A stretch of DNA of 61,132 nucleotides, counting the filler, from Sphacelaria rigidula (taxonomy: Eukaryota): NCBI GenBank assembly GCA_964200075.2. It is 7 parts of 7 records of this genome, joined end to end, with 100 filler letters (N's around TTAATTAATTAA, not from the genome) between each part and the next. Parts side by side here need not be neighbours in the genome. Positions count along the whole stretch, not along the records: positions 1 to 8,648 come from CAXNAA020010490.1; positions 8,749 to 17,396 come from CAXNAA020010491.1; 5 more parts are not named here. One strand, given 5' to 3'. Position numbers and translations under genes: made by a program. Below are positions 1-10,053 of this stretch, in pieces. Position 1 is the stretch's first letter, and each line of letters starts with the position of its first letter. The notes under the pieces were generated by a model, which worked only from the letters and a program-made list of their open reading frames with translations, ran no database searches and had not been told where the DNA came from.

Positions 1-8
1 TGAGCAAG

Positions 9-1463
9 ATGTGCAGCGACAAGGGCTGTTCCACGCATCCGTCGTATGGCGTGGCGGGAAGCAAGAAGGCGGAGTTTTGCTCCAAGCATGCCCGGGCGGG
101 AATGGTGAATGTGAAGTTCAACTCGTGCGGCTCCGACGGCTGTCCCACGCTAGCGTCGTACGGTGTGGCGGGAAACAAGAAGGCGGAGCTCTGTTCCAAG
201 CATGCCAGGGCGGGAATGGTAAATGTGGTAAGCAAGACGTGCAGCGACAAGGGCTGTTCCACGCATCCGTCGTATGGTGTGGCGGGAAGCAGGAGGGCGG
301 AGGTTTGCTCCAAGCATGCGAGGGCGGGAATTGTGAATATGGTGCACAAGACGTGCATTTACGACGGCTGTCCCACGCTAGCGTCGCACGGTGTGGCGGG
401 AAGCAGGAACGCGGAGTTCTGTTCCAAGCATGCCAGGGCGGAAATGTTGAATGTGGTGAAATACATGTGCGGCTACGATGACTGTCCCACGCTAGCGTCG
501 TATGGTGTGGCGGGATGCAAGGAGACGGAGTCTTGCTCCAAGCATGCCAAGGCGGGAATGGTGACGGTGAAGAACAAGACGTGCGGCTATGAGGGCTGCT
601 CCACGACACCATCTTGTGATGTGTCGGGAAGCACAAAGGCGGAGTCCTGCTCTAAGCACCCCAGGGCGGGAATGGTGAATGCGGAAAAGGGAAAGTGCGG
701 CTACGAGGGCTGCTTCACTATCCCGTCGTATGGTGTGACGGGGGGCACGAAGGCGGAGTTTTGCTCCCAGCATGCCAGGACGGGAATGATGGATGTGGTG
801 AGTCACAGGTGTCGCGAGAAGGGGTGCTTCGAATCACCTCTCGACACGAGAGACAACTTTGATGAGGAAAAGCTTTCCCAACAGCATGCTAGTGCACATG
901 ACACAGCTACCGTTTTCGACACCACGAAGTTCAGCACTGGTAAGGGTACCCCCGGTCGTAGCCGGACGGAGGGTGATGGAGAAAGGTTTGCTGATGTACG
1001 AGGAGTGAAGCGCCAGCGCACGGCACTCTCGGGTTTTGGTGCAAACGACGGCTTAGGTGCTCGCCTTAGTTTGTGCGGCTGTTCCAGGCAGGGGAAGAGG
1101 ACACCGTCACTCTCGGCACGTCCACTTGTACTTCCGGGACACCCACCTTCGGGGACTGATGGTGAGGTGTCCTCGCGGGTAGGAGCAAAAGCAGGAATGA
1201 AGGTAGAGTTGGCAGTCCCTTCTCCTACACACGGTGGCGGTGGGATCAGGAGGTCTTGCGAGCAGGCTTCCCCTCTAAGTGGTCGGAACAGCGAACGTGG
1301 AAGTAGGGGACTCATCAGCAGTGGTGGTGGTGGCACGGAGCGGCTCTGTGGTTCGCCGGTAGTGGTACCTAGATACCTGGGCACATTTGATGATGCGGCT
1401 TTTGAAGAGGTACAGGAGACTTCGAATGTGAAATTGAAGCTAGAAGTATCTAGTTCTTCTTAG
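9..1463 (+). CDS. EsV-1-7-type cysteine-rich repeat protein (5' probably truncated by the contig edge)
   Basis: Seven complete 38-aa repeats C-x4-C-x4-SYGVAG-x3-AEFCSKHARAGMVNV plus one degenerate repeat, matching the C-C-C-H EsV-1-7 repeat of phaeoviruses and brown algae. The frame is open back to base 3. A low-complexity C-terminus carries a basic VKRQR patch. Confidence 0.88.
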   Translation: MCSDKGCSTHPSYGVAGSKKAEFCSKHARAGMVNVKFNSCGSDGCPTLASYGVAGNKKAELCSKHARAGMVNVVSKTCSDKGCSTHPSYGVAGSRRAEVCSKHARAGIVNMVHKTCIYDGCPTLASHGVAGSRNAEFCSKHARAEMLNVVKYMCGYDDCPTLASYGVAGCKETESCSKHAKAGMVTVKNKTCGYEGCSTTPSCDVSGSTKAESCSKHPRAGMVNAEKGKCGYEGCFTIPSYGVTGGTKAEFCSQHARTGMMDVVSHRCREKGCFESPLDTRDNFDEEKLSQQHASAHDTATVFDTTKFSTGKGTPGRSRTEGDGERFADVRGVKRQRTALSGFGANDGLGARLSLCGCSRQGKRTPSLSARPLVLPGHPPSGTDGEVSSRVGAKAGMKVELAVPSPTHGGGGIRRSCEQASPLSGRNSERGSRGLISSGGGGTERLCGSPVVVPRYLGTFDDAAFEEVQETSNVKLKLEVSSSS

Positions 1464-1949
1464 ACGTCCAATACGTGGTAGATGACACCATTCCTCGCAC
1501 CGCTCTCGTTGCTCAGGGGGTAGTCGGTCTGTCAGTGTGTGCTCACGTATGGTGTCAGCAGTTTGAAACGATCATTGGTCGGCACGGTTTCTTCTCATCA
1601 ACAATACAAAGCAGTTCTTGATTTTGAAGTCCTGATATAACAGGGCTCTCGCCGGGTTGAGAGTCTAGCGTTTGATTGAGAATCAGAACACAAGGAATAG
1701 GACTTGCTAATCAATCCATCGGCTGGTACTTGTTCGAGAATACTTTACGTAGTAAGGCTAGGATAGGCTCGAATGAGAGCGCTTCGCTGTGAGATGAATG
1801 CAATGTTTACTTTGATTGCATTGGCCCCGTCAACATGCGTTAATATGAAACTACACAGGTTCACACATGGTTGATTCATGCCCGAAATGGTTTTAGTTTG
1901 GCATGGTCGTCTAGGTCTCACATGCTTCCTCTCATAGCTTGCCACTCAA

Positions 1950-3454
1950 GGCTCTGATATCCCCGGGTGGATTCGCGTCGTAGAGCTGTACGCACACATT
2001 ACGTGTGTTCCTGAGTTCCTGTCTCAAGGGAGTCATGTGGGCATTCGCTCCCGAGTCGCGGAGAATCGATACCTCTGTGTCATCGTTGGTCGATGTGCAC
2101 ATGGATACTACTCGCTTATATTCGACTACCACGTTGTTCATGGTTATGAATGCCCTCGGTCTGTCCTTCCTCCCATTATTTCCGCCATTTTGTGGAGGAG
2201 GTGGGAACGTTCGTGCGAGGCTCATTCCCGGCGGTCGTGTAACCGGAGGTTTGCCATCAATGTATGAGCGACACTCCCGACACCTATGACTTCGCTTGAA
2301 ACACTAGTCGCATTGATTGCTATCGAGCCCCGGGTCGGTTTTGTTGCGGTCGGTTCTCGATTGAAACGCTACTGCCTCATCGCGGCGTTTCATGTCAGGC
2401 GGTTGGTATGCTGATGATGCTACGGTTGCCTGTTTCAGCTAATCGTCCATCATACCTGGCGTGGTTGTTAGGTGGACAAATACTTGTGGAAGCGCGTCTT
2501 GATCCCGAGTAAAAGGGCTGCTTTCTGAGTATTCTCGGCTCCGGCTTTTCTGAGCGCTTCGACTTTCCCCCAGATGGTGTCCAGCTTCACCATGAAAGCT
2601 CCTGGTTCTTCTGCAGAATTGCATTGGAGATCCCGCAGTCTTCGTTCCAATGCAAACCGTTGCACCGGCCGCTCGTCCTGTGCACGTCCTCCTTAGATCC
2701 GTTCCATCTCCAGCCAGGCTTCCCAGTCGCCGGGGTTACCGCCGCGCTCGCATCGTGCGACGATGGCTGCGGCTGATCCTTTCGTAGCCAGTGCCACGAA
2801 ACACCGCAAGGATTGTATATTGCGTTGGTGCGTTGTCAGACTGGCAACTTGCGTAGATCTTCCTCTATACTTCTCGAGGCTCACGAAGCTGTGCACTTGT
2901 GAGGTGCTTGATGTGGCCGGGGCGCGCTTCCTCGCAGTGCACCGTTTAATAGCGGAGTAAGACAATCGTCACGAGAGACTAGTTGGGTTGAGCAGGCGAC
3001 GGACCCGAGGGGGGCGCTGCATCGCCGTGCTTTTCGTTGTTTATTCAGATGTTAACCGCTTGTGTACGGCTTCACCTGAACCTTCTCTCTCTGAATCTCA
3101 GGTCTAAGCCCAATATAGAGCTTAAAATATAGAGCCGCGGGGCCGTTCTGGCTCGACTGAACACTGGCTACAGAGCTGACTCCCGGGCTGTTCCTGTTGG
3201 TACTTTGCACTGAACCGTACTGGCTCCTATCAGGCTGGTTGACTACATACCCGAAAACCTGCGTATGATTTCTATGTCCAATACATAATCTGCACATTCT
3301 CCATCTGGGCTGATAGTTGTGCTAGTATTGTTTGGGCATCGCAAATATGTAGGACACATCGGTCGTTATCCCTTTCGCGCAATTAGTGCTTCCACTCAAA
3401 ATCATGCCCATGTTGCTGAGTTGGTCCTAACGACTCGGGTCAGTCTCACTAACA
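1950..3454 (-). mobile_element. Ty1/Copia LTR retrotransposon remnant (gag, zinc knuckle, protease; truncated and decayed)
   Basis: Gag-like RFALERRLRDLQCNSAEEPGAFMVKLDTIW...LLLGIKTRF (2468-2665). CCHC knuckle C-D-*-C-FKRS-H-RCRE-C with an internal stop (2271-2312). Copia-type protease motif ILRDSGANAHMTP (about 2030-2070). No integrase or RT follows. The upstream boundary (TGTTAG at about 3454 on the minus strand) is tentative. Confidence 0.75.
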
Positions 3455-3620
3455 TCTTCTCGCATCAGCCCTGAAGCTCACGCAAAGCACGATCACGTAC
3501 TACAGTATAAATCGTGCTCATTCGACCTATATACTCGTCCCTATCTTCAAGCGGGTACGTGACTGAGACAGCATCCAATTAAAACACTACGAGAATCATG
3601 GACACTCCGTCAAATTGTCT

Positions 3621-3801
3621 ACAGGGTTCAGGGAAACTGTGCGGTGTTTCTGGCGGGGATTTGGCTGTAGGGTGTTGTTTCGCGCCACGCAGGACGCTTC
3701 ACAAGGTTTCATGAAAACTGTGCAGTGTTTCTCGCGGGAATTTGGCTGTAGGGTATTGTTTTGCGCCCCACAGTACGCTTCGCAAGGTTTTGTCACCCCG
3801 T
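3621..3801. repeat. About 80-bp tandem duplication (about 2.2 copies) ending in a CACCCCGTG terminus
   Basis: The unit aaactgtgc.gtgtttct.gcggg.atttggctgtagggt.ttgttt.gcgcc...acgcttc occurs twice. The terminal CCCGTG resembles the end of the MITE at 4411-4703. Confidence 0.7.
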
Positions 3802-4027
3802 GTATTGTTCATTGTTGTCAATATGCTGTATAGCATTATAACGCACATACAATTAATTGGTTGATTGGATAATTGATTGATTATCTCACATTAGCTGATT
3901 GCAACAATATAGCCCGTGGTCAGGAGCAGCAAAAAAAGAACAGAATAGTAAAAGAAAGAAGAAGGAAATAACCAGAAAAGGACAGAAGCAACGATCTCAG
4001 AGAGGAAAGAAGGAAGGAAGCAGCGAT

Positions 4028-4256
4028 AACAACAACAACAACAACAACAGCAACAGCAACAACTACAACAACAACAAATAACAACAGCAAGATCAACAAC
4101 ATAACAACAAAAACATAGACATGGACATACACAAACACAAACACAAACACATACACATACACAAACACAAACAACACGACAAGATGCAACACTCCAGCTC
4201 GTTCTCAAAACAAAAAGGAGAAAAATGAAAGAAAAGAAAAGAAAAGAAAAGAAAAG
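4028..4256. repeat. Compound microsatellites (AAC)n, AC-rich and (GAAAA)n in the LINE 3' UTR
   Basis: Directly visible simple repeats. Confidence 0.9.
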
Positions 4257-4410
4257 AACGCAAAGAAAGGAATACAATAGACAAGAAGGCACTGCCAGGC
4301 TCGTTTCCCGCGGGGGGGAGGGATGCACAGACGAAACAAAAACAGACAAGAAACCACCAGGAACAAGAGGTAAGCAAATCATAGATCGGAACCAAAACGA
4401 ATGCTCCACG

Positions 4411-4703
4411 CACGGGTGGCCACTGGGGTCTGTAACCTGGCCATTTTGGGACCTTATCCACCTTTGGTAAGGTCCGCGGATTGGGTAGACAACTGAGAAG
4501 CATTCGCACAGCATGGACAGGATCGAAACAAAACATGTCCCAGTCTATAGGCGAGTGACTCCCCTGTAGACTGGAACATGTTTTTTTTCGAACCTGTCCA
4601 TGCTGTGCGAATGCTCTTCAGTTGCCCACTTAATCCGCGGACCTTACCAAATGTGGATAAGGTCCCAAAAAGGCCAGGTTACAGATCCCAGTGGCCACCC
4701 GTG
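4411..4703. mobile_element. Palindromic MITE (293 bp), CACGGG...CCCGTG termini, 2-bp CG target duplication; possibly CMC (CACTA/Mirage/Chapaev) superfamily
   Basis: The two arms of about 145 bp are near-perfect reverse complements centred near 4557. CG flanks both ends (4409-4410 and 4704-4705). A second partial copy lies at 52486-52637. Confidence 0.85.
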
Positions 4704-7700
4704 CGTATCTGGCGTAGGCTATGATGAATTGGTGTTGGTACTGTCGATCCCAGGTGCTGTTGGTGCATCTTGGCCTGCAGCTTTCGTGTGCCGTATCGCT
4801 ACCTCTGCGTCATCCGTTTGGCACCAGTCCGCTACAAACCTTTCTGCTCCCTGTTCAACACAGCTGTGCCACTCTACTGCATTCAAGGCTCTGGTAGTCC
4901 ACCCCTGTCATTCGATATCGAATGCCTTCATATCTTCCGCTAGGCAGCGGATCTAGTCCTTGTGCCTGCCGTTAAACTCTTTTTTTTCGTCCCTTCACGA
5001 CTATGATAGCACCGAACATGACTTGTTCCGGTATCCGTCCGGGTGACATCCGCGTGACGAAACCGGCGAAACGGAGTCTCCTCCTCCTCTCCGTCGCCTC
5101 AATGCTTTCGCGCCCTGTCTTCGCGAGGGCCCCTCGGTATGACAGAACGTGGTCTGTCCGATTACGCTTGTGCCATCCAAGGCACCGCCTGAGCAATGCG
5201 TGGTGGGCCGTACGCAGTAGATTGGGGTGGCCGTTGAGAAGGGTCCATGTGACGCACCCGTACAGGAGCGCTTCGACAGCCTCGGCTTTGTTCATGCGGA
5301 TCTTGAGGTGGACGGCCGCGTTCGGTCGATTATACAGTTGGACTTTGTACTGGTGATAGTTCGCCCGTGCCCCTTGTACGCTCTTTTTGATTTCCACCGA
5401 GAGGTCACCGCTCTCCGAAGTTGACCCCCCAGGTATATAAAGCTGTATGTTTGTTCGTATACCTGGCCAGCCGCCTTGATGTCGAGATGCCCCGCCTGTG
5501 AGTGCAGTCGCATGGTTTTCGTCTTTGCTTCCAACACGGTCAACCCGAACTCTTCGCAGATCGTTACAGTCACGGTCATCGTTCTCTCGAGGCTCGATGA
5601 TGTCCGCGAGATGATGCAGACGTCATCGACGAACAGCATATTCCATAAGGATCGCACCTCCTCCGCCGCGATTGCTGTGGCCACGTCTGGCTCGACTCAT
5701 ACTACCGCACATTCGTGTGGGAAACTCCAAGGTTTGCGCTTTCGGACTTGCACCTGGTCCCTCGTGATGTCAGGGTCGTCGCGGAAGGTTGCTAGGGCCA
5801 CCGTGAGTACTGCCGTGAAGAACATGTTGAACAGCAGTGGTGCTAGCACGCATCCCTGTCGAAGGCCCTGGTCGATGTCGAACCATTCCGACTATTCCCC
5901 GTCGTTCGTGCGCACCGGAGCTTGCATACCATCGTGGAATTGGCGGATGGTCGAGAGCATGATGGGTGGGACGCCACAGCTTTCCAGAACTTTCCACAGT
6001 AATGGGCGGTCGGCAGAATCGTGTGCTTTCGTGAGGACGACGAAACACATGTAAAGCGGGATCTGTCGTCTCCGACCAAGTTCCTCGAGTCGTCGGACGG
6101 TGAACATCCTGTCGACGATTGAGCGTCCGGAGCGGAAGCCGCACTGCTCTTCAGGCAGCATTCCATTGCCCTCGCAGTGTGTGCTTAGGTGGCGGGCGAT
6201 TATCTTGAGGAGCACTTCGCCGGCGTGTGACACGCGTGAATTTCCTCTGTAGTTCCCGCATTCCGTGCGATCGCCCTTTTTGTGGAGCACGATGATGGTG
6301 GCATCCTTTCATTCGTGTGGTACGGCTGGTCCGCCCCGGATGTCAAGAATAATAGCGCAAAAGCTCTGTAGTCGGCTCATGTCGTCGCCGTCGAGGAGTA
6401 TCTTCAGCCGTTCAGCCGGCAGTTCATCCGGACCAGCGGTTTTTTCCGTTGGACGTAGATCGTATGGCATCCGCTCTCTCGTCTATCGTAGGCACCTCGT
6501 TTAGCGACGTGCTCAGAAGTCGCACCTGGAGTTGGTCGATGACTGCTGTACTGAGGCGGGGCGACTTGGTGTTGAGGAGAGTGTGAAACCACTGTACTCA
6601 CCGCGGGCGGATGAGCTTCGTCTCTGAGCAGTTGACCCTTGTTGTCGCGGATATATTTCTGCCGTGAGCTATATGGTTTCCTCCCTTCGACCTCGATTCC
6701 TTTCAGATGCCCGTAAAAACCGCGTTGGTCACCACTCGCGATGTGCGCTTCACGTCGGCTGACGTAGGTCTCGAACACTCTCTTCGCCGCATGTGCTCTA
6801 ACACGATGAAGTTCCTTGTTGGCTTTCTTCAAGACTTTCTTGAGGTTGGTGTCAGCGGGCGTTGACATCGATGCCCTCCGTGCCTTTTCCCTCGCCATCC
6901 ATGCAGTGTGGATTTTTGCCTTGGACTCGGCACTCGCGCACCAGCCGTGGGAGCCTCGTTGGTTTCCGTCGTGGGACGCAGTGTCTGCTGCGGCGGATAT
7001 CATCTTGGTGAGACCTGCAGCCATGTCTGCGGCAGTAGCATCTATAGACGAGGGATCGAGAGGGAAGGCCGTTTGTAACATCATTGCTCTCAACGTCGGG
7101 TCAGCCATCAGCCTTTCAAGGTCGGCCGTTCTGCGTAATGATGCTTGTTTCCGCATCTTGCGATTGTGCGTGGAGCGATCACGGAGCCGAACCTTTGAAG
7201 ATACAAGGTCATGGTCAGACTCTCGTTTTCCGGGTGGTGGGCGGCAGACGTAAATGTTGCGTACGAGTCTGTCTTGTGTGGATGTAGTCAAGGCGATAGC
7301 GTCCCTTCCCAGCATTGGAGCTTTGGAAAGTGGACGAGATGCCCCGCTTGGGTGTTCCGAAGAGCGTATTAAGCACAGTCAGGTGTTGCTCCTCTGCGAT
7401 GGCCAGATGCATCTCACCGTTATTGGTCAGTACGTCCCGCCCGTATTCGCCTAGTACCTTGCTATTATTCTCTCCACCCCCCCCCCATCGTTTTCCAGTG
7501 CGGGCGTTGGCATCCATCATGGCAAATTGATATTCCTTGCAAAGTACTTGTGAGACGGTATCAGATACGTCATCCCAAACCTTGGTCTTGTCGCGCAGCG
7601 GAGCGGTCTCCGACGGGGCATACGCAACCACAAATGATACTGCGTTGGGTTTGCCGTGTAGTTCAAGTTTCACCTTCACAAGTCGAGCACTGAGGTACTC

Positions 7701-8494
7701 GACTGTAGCACATTTTCCTCCCATCTCCATGATAGACACCTCGGTAGCGATCGCTACCCCATGTTGTCCCGCCCTTCCCTTAGCCTTGATTGTGTCACCA
7801 GAACAAAATACTGTGAATCCCGCCGCACTGAACACCGATTGATAATATCTCCTGGTTTCTTGCAACCCTACGATATCGCATCCCAGACTCTGACAAGGTT
7901 TCAGGACAATCTCACTGTGGCGAATGCCGCTCGCACCTTTGAAATCAAGCGTGCGAACATTGTAGGTGCCGACAGTAAGCTCACCGATCCTGGCCCTCGC
8001 CCTCGCAGTCTTTTCCCTCTTGTCGGCAGCCCTCCGATCTGCCGGTCTCCCACGCCTATTTTTCGTGCCGCGTGGTTTTTGTTTCTGCTGTGATTTTACA
8101 TGCAAGTATATATTTATGTTCCGAAATGGACACTTCTCCGTGCGTGCTTGTTATCTGACATGGTTTCGGGGGCAGCAGTCCCGACATGTCTCGACCGGTT
8201 CCACCACCGCATCGTTCATTGTGTTTACACACGTGTAGATACCTAGCAGCTCTACTCTCCTTGCTACGTATCCCACGCCTTCGGCGACGGTTACCTGGTG
8301 CCGCTGCCGCGGGCTATGTAGCCGCGGCAGAATTCGCCCCTGGGAAAAACTCCGTCGGGAAAAACCCGCCACATCAGGATTCAGTGCCGTCGTTATCGTC
8401 GAGTGTAAGCAGCAGATAGGGCAGCAAGACGGTTGCTACCCTATTACTTGCTGTTGTTACTACTACTGTTGACAATGACGCCTTTTCTACTCTT

Positions 8495-8497
<3 letters not shown>

Positions 8498-8541
<44 letters not shown>
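8498..8541. repeat. (GT)n microsatellite
   Basis: Direct observation. Confidence 0.95.
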
Positions 8542-8545
<4 letters not shown>

Positions 8546-8589
8546 GTTCGCAGTTCACACACCCGCCCCAGGCCGGGAATCGCGCGCGG

Positions 8590-8648
8590 GGGGGTGTACT
8601 CATGATCATGCATGCCATAGTCATCAGACCATTGACCTCGCATCCCAC
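8590..8648 (+). repeat. End of a high-copy repeat (GGGGGTGTACTCATGATCATG...), copy 1, at a contig end
   Basis: Near-identical copies at 17497-17555 (minus) and 43572-43638 (plus), each running into a gap. Confidence 0.85.
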
Positions 8649-8748
8649 NNNNNNNNNNNNNNNNNNNNNNNNNNNNNNNNNNNNNNNNNNNNTTAATTAA
8701 TTAANNNNNNNNNNNNNNNNNNNNNNNNNNNNNNNNNNNNNNNNNNNN
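8649..8748. other. Artificial contig linker (N44-TTAATTAATTAA-N44)
   Basis: 100-bp spacer with stops in all six frames; the same spacer occurs six times. Confidence 0.98.
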
Positions 8749-10053
8749 TGTTGGTTTTTTTTTTCTGTCGCCCCCCCCCCGCAACGGGCTCGCGCGCGGT
8801 GCCCCCCGGGGGTGGGGCGCCCGGGGGGGGGGGGGGGGGGGGGGGGTTAGCGCCACTGCGTCGCCTTGCATTGCCATACAACGCTGGCGGGGGCACGGGG
8901 TTGCCACTACAGTCCGCTGCACCGCCAGTTATTCAGCTCCAACTGATACGTGCAACTAGTTGATATACGTGACCAACCGTTAGATGACCATTCGATCCGG
9001 CTCACAAGTCTCCGATACATGGTTACGCTGTCGCATGTTCGGGACAGGCGTCGGCACAGCTTATCCAGGCAATGCTCAGTAGCATAGCTTTCATAGTTCC
9101 GTTTGATGTTCATGCAGAGTAACCATTGTTTGACATTCTCAAGTACCAGGATTTTCGTCTGGAACAGTATGGACCCATCTGAGAAACGGTTCAATACGAT
9201 CAAGATCTTCGTTGCTGTAGGACATTGAGAAGACGAGCACAAGAGAAGTGACGAGCACATCGCGAGCCCCACGCTTTCAATCTTCACTTCTCCAACTTCT
9301 CAACCGGACTCCAACAGTCCATTGCTCCCCACAAGTCTTTGTTAGCCATAATCGCCCATGGAACACCAATGTTTTCTTCTTGCAGCACAGTTGCCACAGC
9401 TAGCTCAGCAGCTTAGCATCTGCCAACGTTAGCTTTCGGCAGCCACTCGTGGGTGTACAACAACACATCCTCAACATTCCGTACGTCGCACCTGTAGAGG
9501 TATGATATAGCTCCGGAACGCTTTTGTTTCAAATTTCGAAATCCTGGCTGTTGTGTGGGTGTGAAGTCAACGTTGTCTTGTAAACATCGGGGGAATGCAT
9601 GTGGTGTAAGCGCCGTATAAAAACGGTGATTATCGCAAAAACGCATGGTACTTGCGAAGACACCACATCCCAGGCTTGGGGGCAATAACCTCGTGGGTCA
9701 CGCGGGGGTGAACAACTGGACTACGCTGTTTGTTCGTTCGTCTGTGCCGGAGTGTATGCTTGGGTTTGGACTCGGGTGAAGATGAGAAGCGATCGCGAGG
9801 GGCAGACTCCTGCCTGCACTCCCGTCGGAGTATGTCGATACTCCGGTGACGAGATCAGGCGATGATCCCAGTGAAACCAAGTGAATCGCCAAAGAACTTG
9901 AGATATTAACAACCAAACATGGCGCATTGTATGGATGGGAAGAAGAAAGCACACAACACTGACACACACAAACAAACAAACAAACAAACAAACATACACA
10001 CACACAAGCATGTGCGCTTATTGTGCATAGCCGACATGTTGCACGTTCTCTCA

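Larger units (their letters stand above)
3851..8430 (-). mobile_element. Non-LTR retrotransposon (RTE-like LINE), near full length, disrupted by frameshifts and stops
   Basis: APE endonuclease motifs GTYNVRTL, DIVGLQETR, VVAYAPSE, MDANARTG, RLDYI (7215-8105). RT motifs KKGDRTECGNYRG, QCGFRSGRS, LTKAHDS, GLRQGCVLAPLLFNMF, MLFVDD, FIYLGG (5292-6290). C-terminal EALLYGCVTW (4972-5397). A T-rich 3' UTR ends in a degenerate (CAAT)n tail at about 3851-3885. Confidence 0.9.

Noticed and set aside
9-810. Regular 114-nt repeats as a possible CRISPR-like array
   Set aside because: In-frame coding repeats without unique spacers, in a eukaryotic context with no cas genes.
11-1384. Alternative-frame and antisense ORFs over the EsV-1-7 gene
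   Set aside because: Shadows of the repetitive, GC-rich coding frame.
3891-4536. Poly-Cys, poly-Val and poly-Asn ORFs, and the paired MLCEC... ORFs (also 4600 and 52534)
   Set aside because: Translations of microsatellites and of the palindromic MITE arms.
8693-8704. TTAATTAATTAA palindromes recurring about every 8747 bp
   Set aside because: Artificial linker inside N-runs, not biological periodicity.
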